Assembly (NCBI RefSeq): GCF_006345805.1
Contig: NC_042997.1
Coordinates: 141,918,001 to 141,982,000, forward strand
Source: Octopus sinensis
Lineage: Eukaryota
Direction of reading: 5' to 3'
Length of the DNA stretch: 64,000 nucleotides
Part shown: one piece after another, positions 39,311 to 50,681 of the stretch
Layout: every line of letters begins with the position of its first letter
How positions within the stretch are numbered: position 1 is the first letter of the stretch
Translations under genes and position numbers: made by a program
Notes under the pieces: model-generated
Databases searched by the model: none
The model's input: the letters and a program-made list of their open reading frames with translations, nothing else
What the model was told of the DNA's origin: nothing

Positions 39311-40306
39311 TCTTGCTCTTTCTACTGACATGGATATCCATTTTTTTTTCTTATTCTCATTCTCTTCTCTTCCATTAACTTTATTCGCATCTTCCGTAAC
39401 TTTTAGAAATTTCATCTAAAGCTATATAGATCCACTGAATGTGTACAGAAGTTGGTGAACGTAGCGAATTCCTACGCAAGCCATTCAAAAGTGCTTTTAT
39501 AAGTTTCTTTGCTTGGTCGTTCGATAAGCTAGGAACAAGAATAAATTCTCTTTCAAAGCACGTTTTTCTAACCACTTATAAAACGAAAGGTATATCGGAC
39601 ATGTATATATACACAGTCCGAGAGACATTATTTCGATTTGTGATCAAAAAATGAAAGTGGAAATATTAATGATATTAAGCAACGACCACTCAGGCGTGTT
39701 CAATATCATCTTTCCTTTTTTTCATAATTTCCTCCAATTCTAATATTTTTGAACAACACTACAATGATAAAAATTACGAGAATTTATTGTATTTATGTTT
39801 TGGTAAAGCTTGATCAGGGAGACCCTTTTTCAAAGGCATTCATTCAATGAAACGTGTACATCTCTTTCAGTTGTGCACCCTACACTACATTATGATATTA
39901 GCTATTGTTGAGATAAAAGTGAAATATTGCAGTTGTTTCTTAGATGCGTTGGACTTCATATGTACTCAATCACTGGCTCTTTTTATGAAGCGTACGCATT
40001 GTGATAGTTTTGACAACCTTAAAGAGCTTTCCTTGTGCCTAATTTGAATCAGCAGTGGTTTTCCAGTAAGAAAAATAAATAGAGCGAGCTAAATATACAT
40101 TTGCGCACAAAATATATGATTTTTAACATTTCAAAGTAAACAGATATGGTAAGGACAATCGTATCTAGGAATGATAAATATGATAAACACCTTCTAGAAT
40201 TTACTATATCCTTATTATTATTACAAATATGCAAATGAGGCAGCCTATTATGGGTAAGTGTACGTGATAGGGCATGTATATATTGAGAGGCTTAGGGAAA
40301 GCTGTT

Positions 40307-40330
40307 GTACTAGCTACGGCGGTACATATT

Positions 40331-40363
<33 letters not shown>

Positions 40364-40413
40364 GGCCCCTGCGCAAGGATGACACGCAAATTCGTGAAGC
40401 GTTCCATATTTTT
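40307..40413 (+). ncRNA. U6: U6 snRNA copy 27
   Basis: Array-consensus U6 plus T6. Confidence 0.98.
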
Positions 40414-41356
40414 TCTTACTCTTTCTACTGACATGGATATCCATTTTTTTTGTTATTGTCATTCTCTTCTCTTCCATTAAATTTATTCATATCTTCCGTA
40501 ACTTTTAGAAATTTCATCTAAAACTATATAGTTCCCGTGAATATATATAGAAAAATCCTACGCAAGTCATTCTAAAGTGCTTACATAAGTTTCTTTGCTT
40601 GGTCGCTCGATAAGCTTGGAACATGAATCAATTCTCTTTGAAAGCTCGTTTTTCTAACCACTTATAAAACGAAAGGTATATCGGACATGTATATATACAC
40701 AGTCCGAGAGACATTATTTCGATTTGTTATCAAAAAATGAAAGTGAAAACATTAGTGATATTAAGCAACGACCAATCAGGCGTGTTCAATATCATCCTTC
40801 CTTTTTTTCATAATTTCCTCCAATTCTAATATTTTCATCAATACTACAATGATAAAAATTACGAGAATTTATTGTATTTATGTTTTGGTAAAGCTTGATC
40901 AGGGAGACCATTTTTCAAAGGCATTCATTCAATGAAACGTGTACACCTGTTTCAGTTGTGCACCCTACACTACATTATGATATTAGCTATTGTTGAGATA
41001 GCTATTGTTGGACTTCATATGTCTGGCTCTTTTCATGAAGCGTACGCATTGTGATAGTTTTGACAACCTTAAAGAGCTTTCCTTGTGCCTAATTTGAACA
41101 ATCAGTGGTTTTCCAATAAGAAAAATAAATAGACCAAGCTAAATATACATTTGCGCACAAAATATATGATTTTCAACATTTTAAAGTAAACAGATATGGT
41201 AAGGACAATCGTATCTAGGAATGATAAATATGATAAACACCTTCTAGAATTTACTATATCCTTATTATTATTACAAATATGCAAATGAGGCAGCCTATTA
41301 TGGGTAAGTGTACGTGATAGGGCATGTATATATTGAGAGGCTTAGGGAAAGCTGTT

Positions 41357-41380
41357 GTACTAGCTACGGCGGTACATATT

Positions 41381-41413
<33 letters not shown>

Positions 41414-41463
41414 GGCCCCTGCGCAAGGATGACACGCAAATTCGTGAAGCGTTCCATATTTTT
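41357..41463 (+). ncRNA. U6: U6 snRNA copy 28 (T10 terminator)
   Basis: Array-consensus U6 plus T10. Confidence 0.98.
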
Positions 41464-42709
41464 TTTTTACTGTTTCTACTGACATGGATATCCATTTTTT
41501 TTCTTATTGTCATTCTCTTCTCTTCCATTAAATTTATTCGCATCTTCCGTAACTTTTAGAAATTTCATCTAAAACTATATAGTTCCAGTGAATATATACA
41601 GAAATTGGTGAACGTAACGAATTCTTACGCAAGCCTTTGAAAGTGCATTTATAAGTTTCTTTACTCCCATCCAATTCGAAGTACCAGTTCGGCAACATTT
41701 TGGAAAATAAAAGGAGAAACAGTTATAATAAGAGATTTAAAAAAACCCAGCTATTTCAAAATATCAGGTTTGCCCATACTCAATTTTCCAACGTTGTTTT
41801 TAATTACACGTTTGAAACCATGATCCTCTCTCCGGTCTCCATTCAGACTGTCGTTCACTTGCAAATGCGCGTATGCAGATTTTGCAATCAAATAGACACA
41901 GCCAGGGCAGACTTTATGTGGTCGGTTGTTCGATAAACTAGAAAGAAGAATCAATTCTCCTTGAAAGCACATTTTTCTAACCACTTATAAAACGAAATAT
42001 ACGTCGGGCATATATATAGTTGGAGAGACATTCTTTCGATTTCTGATCAAAAAATGAAAGCGGAAATATTAATGATATTAAGCAACGACCAATCAGGCGT
42101 GTTCAATATCATCTTTCCTTTTTTTCATAATTTCCTCCAATTCTAATATTTTTCAACAACACTACAATGATAAAAATGACGAGATTTTATTGGATTTGTG
42201 TTTTGGTAAAGCTTGATCAGGGAGACCCTTTTTCAAAGGCATTCATTCAATGAAACGTGTACACCTGTTTCACTTGTGCACCCTACACTACATTATGATA
42301 TTAGCTATTGTTGAAATAAAAGTGAAATATTGCAGTTTTTTCCTAGATGCGATGGACTTCATATGTACTCAATCACTGGCTCTTTTCATGAAGCGTATGC
42401 ATTGTGATAGTTTTGACAACTTTAAAGGGCGTTCCTTGTGCCTAATTTGAATCAGCAGTGGTTTTCCAATAAGAAAAATAAATAGAGCGAGCTAAATATA
42501 CATTTGCGCACAAAATATATGATTTTCAACATTTTAAAGTAAACAGATATGGTAAGGACAATCGTATCTAGGAATGATAAATATGATAAACACCTTCTAG
42601 AATTTACTTTATCGTTATTATTATTACAAATATGCAAATGAGGCAGCCTATTATGGGTAAGTGTACGAGATAGGGCATGTATATATTGAGAGGCTTAGGG
42701 AAAGCTGGT

Positions 42710-42733
42710 GTACTAGCTACGGCGGTACATATT

Positions 42734-42766
<33 letters not shown>

Positions 42767-42816
42767 GGCCCCTGCGCAAGGATGACACGCAAATTCGTGA
42801 AGCGTTCCATATTTTT
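42710..42816 (+). ncRNA. U6: U6 snRNA copy 29 (last)
   Basis: Array-consensus U6 plus T6. Confidence 0.98.
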
Positions 42817-42863
42817 TCTTTCTCTTTCTACTGACATGGATATCCATTTTTTTTCTTATTGTC

Positions 42864-42944
42864 ATTTTTACATTCATTATACTCCTCATTGTTGCCTTGT
42901 GTTTACTTTCAATGGATGTACAGGTTATTGCTTTATATCCACAT
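42864..42944 (-). other. 81-bp exact inverted copy of 46527-46607 inserted in the last U6 spacer
   Basis: Block-by-block comparison gives 81/81 identity to the reverse complement of 46527-46607. Confidence 0.93.
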
Positions 42945-43930
42945 ATCTTCCATCAAATTTATTCGCATCTTCCGTAACTTTTAGAAATTTCATCAAACTT
43001 TTAGAAATTTCATCAAAAACTATATAGTTCTAGTGAATATATACAGAAATTGGTGAACGTAATGAATTTCTACACAAGCCATTCAAAAGTGCTTTTATAA
43101 GTTTCTTTGCTCCCATTCAATTCCAAGTACAAGTACTGCAATATTTTTCGAAATAAATAGAGAATAAGTTGTAAAAATAAGATTTTAAACAGAAAAAAAA
43201 AATTTCCCCATACCAATCCTTCAAGTTCGTTTTTAATTTCACGTTTAAAACTATGAAGATTAAAATTGTTAGTACTTTTTCATCGACTTGTTAATTTTGA
43301 AAAGTTTTCTCTCCTGTCTCGTCCACTTCCGCATTCGCCTAAGCAGATTTTGCAATAAACTAGACGACAGCCAGGGCAGATTTCATGTGGTCGTTCGATA
43401 AGCTAGAAACAAGAATCAATTCTCTTTGAAAGCATGTTTTTCTAACGACTTATGAAACGAAATATAAATCGGATATGAGACATTCTTCTGATTTGTGATC
43501 AATAAATGGAAGTGCAAATATCAGACGTGTTCAACATCATGTTTCCTTTTTTCATAATTTTCTCGGATTCTAATAATTTCAACAACTCTACAACGATGAG
43601 AATGACGTGAATTTATTGTATTTCTGTTTTTCTTAAGCTTGATCATGGAAAACCTTTATCAAAGGCATTCTTTCAATGAAACGTGTACACCTGTTTCAGT
43701 TGTGCACTCTACACTACCTTATGGCATGAGCAATTATTGTTGAGATAAAAGTGAAATATTGCAGTTTTTTCCTAGATGTGATGGACTTCATATGTATTCA
43801 ATCATTGGCTCTTTTTCATGAAGCGTACAAACTGAAATAGTGTTGACAACTTTAAAGAGATCTCCTCGTGCGCAATTTAAATCATCAGTGGTTTTCCAAT
43901 AACAAAAATAAATAGACCGAGCTAAATATA

Positions 43931-45546
43931 CATATATAGAAAATTCCTACGCAAGTCATTCAAAAGTGCTTTTGTAAATTTCTTTGATTGCGATAAATTC
44001 CAAGTACAATTACTGCATTATTTTTCAAAATAAACGGAGAAATATCATCATTATCATCATCATTTAACGTCCGCTTTCCATGCTAGCATGGGTTGGACAG
44101 TTCAACTGGGGTCTGGGGAGCCCGAAGGCTGCACCAGGCCAGTCAGATCTGGCAGTGTTTCTACAACTGGATGCCCTTCCTAACGCCAACCACTCCGAGA
44201 GTGTAGTGGGTGATTTTATGTGCCACCGACACAGGTGCCAGACGAGGCTGGCGAACGGCCACGCTCGGATGGTGTTTTTTATGTGCCACCGACACAGGTG
44301 CCAGACGAGGCTGGCAGACGGCCACGCTCGGATGGTGTTTTTTATGTGCCACCGACACAGGTGCCAGATGAGGCTGGCGAACGGCCACGATCGGATGGTG
44401 TTTGTTACGTGCCCACAGCACGGAGGCCAGTCGATGCGGTACTGGCTACGGCCACGTTCGGATGGTTTTCTTGTGTGCCACCGGCACTGGTACCACAAGA
44501 TACAAATTCCATTGATGTTCATCTATTTTGATTTGGTTTGATTTGATTTTCACTTGCCTCAACAGGTCTTCACAAGTGTCACAAGAAGGAAGGTATGCAC
44601 AGGTGGACTGACTACGTCCCAGGTAGGGGCCACGGGTTATAGCCTGACTAGTCTTGCCGGGTCTTCTCACGCACAACATACTTCCATAGGTCTCGGTCTC
44701 TAGTCATTTCCTTGGTGAGACCTAAAGTTCGAAGGTCGTGTTTCACCACCTCGTCCCAGGTTTTCCTGGGTCTACCTCTTCCACAGGTTCCCTCAACTGC
44801 TAGGGTGTAGCACTTTTGCACACAACTATCTTCAGCCATTCTCGTCACATGACCATACCAGCGCAGCCGTCTCTCTTGCACACCACAACTGATGCTTCTT
44901 AGGTTCAACTTTTCTCTCAAGGTACTTACACTCTGACGATTATGAACACTGACATTACACATCCATCGGAGCATACTGGCTTCATTTCTTGCGAGCTTAC
45001 GCATATCCTCAGCAGTCACGGCCCATGTTTCACTACCATGTAGCATGGCTGTACGTACACATGCATCATACAGTCTGCCTTTTACTCTGAGCGAGAGGCC
45101 TTTTGTCACCAGCAGGGGTAAGAGCTCTCTAAACTTTGCCCAGGCTATTCTTACTCTAGCAGTTACACTTTCACTTTTAGTTATTATTAAAGGTTTTTTA
45201 AAAAACCCAGCTATTTCAAAATATCGGGTTTACCCATACCCAATTTGCCAACTCCGTTTTTAATTTCACGTCAAAAAACTATGACGATTAAAATTGTTAA
45301 TACTTTTTTCTTCAACTTGTTAATTTCCAAAAGTAATCCTCTCTCCATTCAGACTCCAAACTCGTCGTTCACTTGCACATGCAGATTTTGCAATCAAATA
45401 GACGACAGCCAAGGCAGACTTCATGTGGTCGGTCGATAAGCTATTAACAAGATTCAATTCTCTTTGAATGAACGTTTATCTAACGAACGATACATCGGAC
45501 ACATATAGTCCGAGAGAGTCTTTCGATTTGTGATAAAAAAATGGAA
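43931..45546 (+). repeat. Degenerate U6-less spacer remnant, split by a LINE
   Basis: 43931-44043 and about 45177-45546 align with successive parts of the L spacer (ggagaaa..|..agttatt..aaaaacccagctatttcaaaatat). Confidence 0.85.
44044..45173 (-). mobile_element. 5'-truncated RTE LINE (same family as 1472-4879)
   Basis: ORF remnant 44648-45109 (KGRLYDACVRTAMLHGSETW...TRQD*), three 63-bp units, (CAT)n tail at 44044. Confidence 0.92.
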
Positions 45547-46640
45547 CATTACTTCCTTATAACTTTCAGAAAAATGGGTACTTTATAATGTAATTTTCTA
45601 TAAATACCTTTCCGATAGTGAAAACCACAATTATATCAAAATGTTGTGATTCTGTTTTTTCTTTTTCACAAGAGGAAGGCAGAGCAGTGTCAGGCAATTC
45701 ACATGCCTCGACTTTGTTTCCCTGTAACCTATTTTCGTCACATAACAATTATGTTGAAGACTATTTCACTCTTTGCCTACTGGAATTTGTAAATGAAATT
45801 TCTCAGGGATATCAATATAATTTGAAAGACATTAGGTGTTTAGGTCTTGAGTGGATGATGTGACCCACACTTAAGATGCACAATTATTTAATCACATCCT
45901 TAATATTTTGTACACACACAAGTGGAGATGATGGAGGGTGGAGAGGACACATTTTAGTCTTGAGAACATGACAACCTCACAATTGCAGGTACATCTGACC
46001 TCAGCATTGATCTGGAATAACACAGTACACTCACCATGAACTACGTTATACTTATGAATTGATATGTGATAATATGTATCAACGATCAGTGATTCTTGTC
46101 TCGACCACAAAAGCACAACCCAGCAACTGACTGTCCACGATGCTCAGGACAACTTGGGATCTTGAAACAAAACCTATTCCCCACTCCCCACATTCTATTG
46201 TTCATTTAACAGTCTTTTTAAACTAAAATATCAGTGGCCAATGCTAGTGTTGCATGTCTGGCCCATTTAAAAGTACTTTTGATGTTGTGGCCAATGCCCC
46301 CTGACTGGCAGGACCTAAAATGCACCATCCGAACGTGGTTGGTGCCAGTGCCCTCTGACTGCCTCCCATGCCGGTGACATGTAAAAAGCACTATCCAAAC
46401 GTGAATGATGCCAGGGCTGCCTGACTGGCTCCTGTACCAGTGGAACATAAAAAGCACCCACTACACTCCAAGTGAGCAGTGGTTCCAAATAAGAAATGAT
46501 TCAATGATAATTTGTCCAATCCATGGATGTGGATATAAAGCAATAACCTGTACATCCATTGAAAGTAAACACAAGGCAACAATGAGGAGTATAATGAATG
46601 TAAAAATTTAGAAGAGAACAAAATGGCAGTGAAGGTAGTG

Positions 46641-46646
46641 TTTATT
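46641..46646 (-). other. Candidate UBA2 polyadenylation signal AATAAA
   Basis: TTTATT on + strand, about 50 nt past the stop codon; first such hexamer. Confidence 0.5.
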
Positions 46647-46697
46647 GAACAACTCCCCATGACTGATGACATGATATAAAATTTACTGGAATGGTGA

Positions 46698-46891
46698 TTA
46701 CAAAACTATTATTTCAGAATCAATGCTGCACTCTCCATCAGGTTCCTGTTTTGATTTTTTACTTTTAGAATACATTTCTGAACTCTGATCAGAGACCTTC
46801 CTCTTTCTCTTTAGTGGACTCAGATCCATAGCTTCAGATTGTTCCTCTTCCATGATGATTAAATCATCATTATAGTCAGCAACAGGCAATT
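46698..46891 (-). CDS. UBA2: SUMO-activating enzyme subunit 2, terminal coding exon (ELPVADYNDDLII...KRKRK...EIIVL*)
   Basis: AG acceptor 46893-46892, phase 1 continues the previous exon, TAA at 46700-46698; acidic tail with basic NLS like the human C-terminus. Confidence 0.8.
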
Positions 46892-46979
46892 CTAGAGAAA
46901 AATAGCAGAGCAGAGACAATTTATATAAAATTTCAAAACATTACTTAAATCAACTTTAGATAACATAAATACAATATGT

Positions 46980-47125
46980 ACAGGCATAACAGCTTGGTTA
47001 ACAAGCTTGCTTCCTAACAACATGATTTTGAGTTCAGTCCTACTGTGTAGTACTTTGGGCAAACTCAGGTCAGCCAAAGCCTTGTGAATGGATTTGGCAT
47101 ATGGGAACTGGAAGAAGCCTGTTGC
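46980..47125 (+). mobile_element. Degenerate tRNA-derived SINE fragment
   Basis: ...gagttcagtcctactgtgtagtactttgggcaa... resembles the copies at 50970-51330 and 63862-64000. Confidence 0.6.
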
Positions 47126-48289
47126 ATATATTTTCTTTCCTTTTCAATTAGCATTCATGTTCCATGCTAGCATGTATATATATGTGAATGTGTGAATATT
47201 TGTGTCTCCTTGTCTTGACATTACATGATTGTTGTAAATGAATGCTATTTATTTCCAATATTATGCATAAACATGTCTCATCACAGGGGAAATATCATTA
47301 AGCTTAGAAACGAGAGTTGGAGACAGGAAGGGCATCCAGCTGTAGAAAATCTGCCTCATGCAAGCATGGAATGGTTGATGTTAAAACAATGATGGTGATA
47401 TGCATCTTTTTGGACAAAAGGAGTAGCCAATATGTGTATAAAATAAATGTGAAAAATCTGTTACTATATATGCATAGTAACTAAACATATCTTAATTATC
47501 ATCCTCTGTTGACGTGCAGACTTTTCAAACACTGCTAGTTTTCTTCCTCCACTTAAACATTTTGGTCTCTGTACCAATAAGGCCATCTGATTTCTGCCTA
47601 AACACTTTGATCTCTTTCTACATAAACATATCACACAACCTGTATTCTATGAAGCCCATGGTATATCACCTAGGAATATGAAACCGAACCAATTCTATCC
47701 CCTTCTTTTAAACCATCTTTTTCAACTCTCTCACACATACACTGCAAGCATAGCCGCTTGGCTAAAGAGTCTACTTAACAATCAAGAGGTTTCGGGGTTG
47801 ATTTTGCTGCATTGCACTGTGGGTATGCATTTTCTGCTATAACTACAAGCTTAGCAGTACCTTGTGAATGGAATTGGTAGATCAAAACTTTAACAGTTTA
47901 CAGGCTGGGAAAAACAATGTCAATTTATAGACAGTGTTATTGTATATATCTGTGGCAAGCACACACCCAGCTGAGTGCTTTGTTGCTCTAAAGAACAGGG
48001 GAAATGATATCTTAAAGGGAAACGAGAGACAACAACTGGAAGGGCATCCAGCCATAAAAAAATTATCTCCATAAGTCTCATCTAATGCATGCTAGCATGG
48101 AAAAAACATATTTAACCCTTCTGTTACCATATTTCTGTTGAAATATAGCTATTCCTTCTAATATATTTTTGAAAATAACAAAGAAATTATTAAAATAACT
48201 ATCCATTTTCAATGTAATCATTTTAAAAAATATTTTCATGAATTTATAAGTAAAATCACTGTCATCCATACATACAGGCTTATCCTTTA

Positions 48290-48512
48290 CAGGTGCCACT
48301 GCCACATAAAATACATTTGTGCTGGTGCTGCATAAATGCACCCATGCTGCTGGCACATATAAAGCACCCAGCATACTCTGTAAAGTGGTTGGCACTAGGA
48401 AGGACATCCAGATGTAGAAACCATATCACAAGACCATTGGAGTTTGGACAGCTCCAAGTCAAACCCTTCAACCCAAGCCAGCATAGAAAATGGATGTCAA
48501 ACGATATATTTT
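48290..48512 (+). mobile_element. Degenerate LINE/SINE 3'-end fragment
   Basis: aaagtggttggcactaggaaggacatccagatgtagaaacc...gccagcatagaaaatggatgtcaaa, homologous to the RTE 3' end. Confidence 0.65.
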
Positions 48513-49204
48513 ATTCAAAGAACTTTTTCTCCTAGGTAAGGGGAGGGATTTTTGCAAGGTTTCACCTTGTATAGATTCCCTCCATCAACATGTACACTAA
48601 ACAAACCACCTACAAAGGCAGCAAATTTTCCAGTTTCTTAGAAAGCTCCAACTCTGCTATGAATTTGGTAACTCAGGGCATCAGACTTTACTAATTCCAA
48701 AGTAAACCAGTACAAAGGTTTGAGAAGAATCTTTAATCTTACCAAAAGCATAGCAACTTCTCTCATGCTAGTACTACGACAAAATATCCACAGTACACAC
48801 TGTAAAATGATTAGTGTTCAAAAGGACATCCATCTGTAGAACCTGCACTGAAACTGTGACATCTGAGTGAGACAGTGCCCCAGTTTTAACAGGGCAGTAA
48901 ATTCAAAAAGAACTGGTTCAGATTTTGTCAAAATCAGTCAACCTATGCCCTAGCCATATTCTTGGTTGACTCACTGATTTTTCAAACACTAACTCAATCA
49001 ATACCTAAACATTATGATCTCTACACTACGAAGATCATTTCATCCACCACCTCCCTTCAATTCTTCATACTTATATACCACATTAAAAAAAATCCATATT
49101 TGGACAGCCTTAATGTCGGTCACAATTACTACAGTGGCACATTTGAAAACTAGAATCTCTCCTACATATACAGATGTAGTTTTTGACGTAAAAAGAAATC
49201 CCAC

Positions 49205-49326
49205 CTGATTTTGATGTGGATGGCACTGGTGACAAGCTACTGCTACTTGCTTTATTCTCCTGCTGACTTTTTAAGGCCTCTGCATCACCAGAGACCAGAA
49301 ATTCAACATTGTCTTCCAATTTTTCT
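49205..49326 (-). CDS. UBA2: UBA2 exon (EKLEDNVEFLVSGDAE...PSTSKS)
   Basis: ag/gt boundaries, in frame; resembles human KDVEFEVVGDA...QPSTS. Confidence 0.85.
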
Positions 49327-49393
49327 CTGAAAAAAAAAAAATAAATAAATAAATAAATAAAACAAGATTTTTATTGTAATGATGACATAACTA

Positions 49394-50015
49394 TTCATTC
49401 TTAATATTCAGGCAGATTCAAACATGAACATGCCAATCGCTGTTGTATTTCTTCATTGGGGAACAACTTCTTTCAGATGAATGTGTGTTTATAACACACT
49501 ATTCATCAGGGTAAGCGAACATTGGGAGACACAAGGGCACAACTCCAGGAGTCCCAAAACTCCCTAACCCTAATGAATTGAGTGTGTTATGAATATACAT
49601 TTGTTTCAAAGAAGTTGTTCTCTAATGGACAACTACAACTGGCACTCCATCAGTTACGAGGGTTCCAGTTGATCCGATCAACAAAACAGCCTGCTCATGA
49701 AATTAACATGTAAGTGGCTGAGCACTCCACAGACATGTGTACCCTTAATGAAGTTCTCAGGGAGATTCAACATAACCCAGAATGTGAGAAGGTTAGCCCT
49801 TTGAAATACAGGTACTTCTCATTTTTGCCAGCTGAGTGGTGGACTAGAGTAATGTGAAATAAAGTATCTTGCTCAAGGACACAGCGCACCACCAGGAATC
49901 GAACTCACGACCATACGATTGTGAGCTGATTACCCTAACCACTAAGCTGCATGCCTTCACATAACAGCAATTAGCATATTCATGTTTGAATCTGCTGTAA
50001 CATATTAAGAATGAA
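49394..50015. mobile_element. TA-flanked MITE-like element with ~45-bp imperfect TIRs, carrying a nested SINE
   Basis: TA|ttcattcttaatattcaggcagattcaaacatgaa ... ttcatgtttgaatctgctgtaacatattaagaatgaa|TA; internal ~60-bp inverted arms at about 49455-49515 and 49569-49630. Confidence 0.6.
49643..49959 (-). mobile_element. tRNA-derived SINE (near full length)
   Basis: Minus strand begins tgaaggcatgcagcttagtggttagggt (A-box-like) ... gagttcgattcc (B box). Confidence 0.8.
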
Positions 50016-50351
50016 TATGCATGATTCTTGCTGTTCATTATGCAAATGATGATTTATTATATGTTAATTGTTTTATAATGAAGCCATGAGTCTCTCACTC
50101 CAGGTCTTTCTTGCTTCTGTTGTAAATGTTTCACAATTTATACACTATTTACTTCATAAGAGCATTGCAAAAGACATCTAGATAGAGAAATTCAATTTCT
50201 TTGTTAAGGTAATGGTCAAATCTGAGAATTAAATGGGTGCCAGTTGTGTGAAGAAAAGTATCTTAAATAATCACATAAAAAATTTATCTGAAACACATGC
50301 TAAATCTAGAGATACAAACGAAGAGTTTAAAGTTAAATTTTCAATACTTAC

Positions 50352-50457
50352 ACATGCTGGATTGTTATGACAAGATTGTAATTTTGGAGAAAATCATCAC
50401 ACTTTAAGCGAGTTCCATTTCCTATATTGAAATCACTCAGCATTTTCTCGTTATTTT
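50352..50457 (-). CDS. UBA2: UBA2 exon, UFD (ENNEKMLSDFNIGNGTRLKCDDFLQNYNLVITIQH)
   Basis: 106 bp, ag/gtaagt; matches human NNHKKLSEFGIRNGSRLQADDFLQDY. Confidence 0.93.
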
Positions 50458-50681
50458 CTAACAAAACAGAATTAAAATACAACTTCACAATAGATATCAT
50501 CATAAATATACAAGTGCAATTCAATAACACAAATAGCAAGGCATCAGTAAAAAGTAGAGCCTAAAGACAAATTATAAAAACACTCCCGAGTAACACACAC
50601 TGTATTGTTGGTACTCTAAGATTTTGTAATAAGGAAGTCTGACTTCGGCACAAGATTAAAATGTTAGGTAGAGGGTTTTTA

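Larger units (their letters stand above)
6190..43930 (+). repeat. Tandem array of 29 U6 gene units (~1.1 kb S and ~1.4 kb L)
   Basis: U6 start-to-start spacings: 1103,1404,1102,1402,1098,1402,1100,1399,1103,1402,1099,1402,1098,1403,1402,1099,1399,1401,1403,1099,1402,1402,1403,1403,1375,1103,1050,1353. Confidence 0.97.

Noticed and set aside
19516-41470. T5/T6/T10 terminator and T7-T9 run-length differences as functional variation
   Set aside because: Homopolymer lengths are the least reliable part of long-read assemblies; any run of four or more T can terminate Pol III.
6641-43027. Dozens of recurring 60-127 aa ORFs (MHICNNN..., MKRVHLF..., MVRKTCF..., [28 protein letters not shown]...)
   Set aside because: They recur only because the unit repeats, open and close with single-base indels, show no domain motifs, and the longest are antisense or sense read-throughs of U6 itself.
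6190-43930. CRISPR-like repeat/spacer reading of the array
   Set aside because: Eukaryotic DNA; the repeat is a 107-nt U6 gene and the spacers are homologous to each other, not unique.
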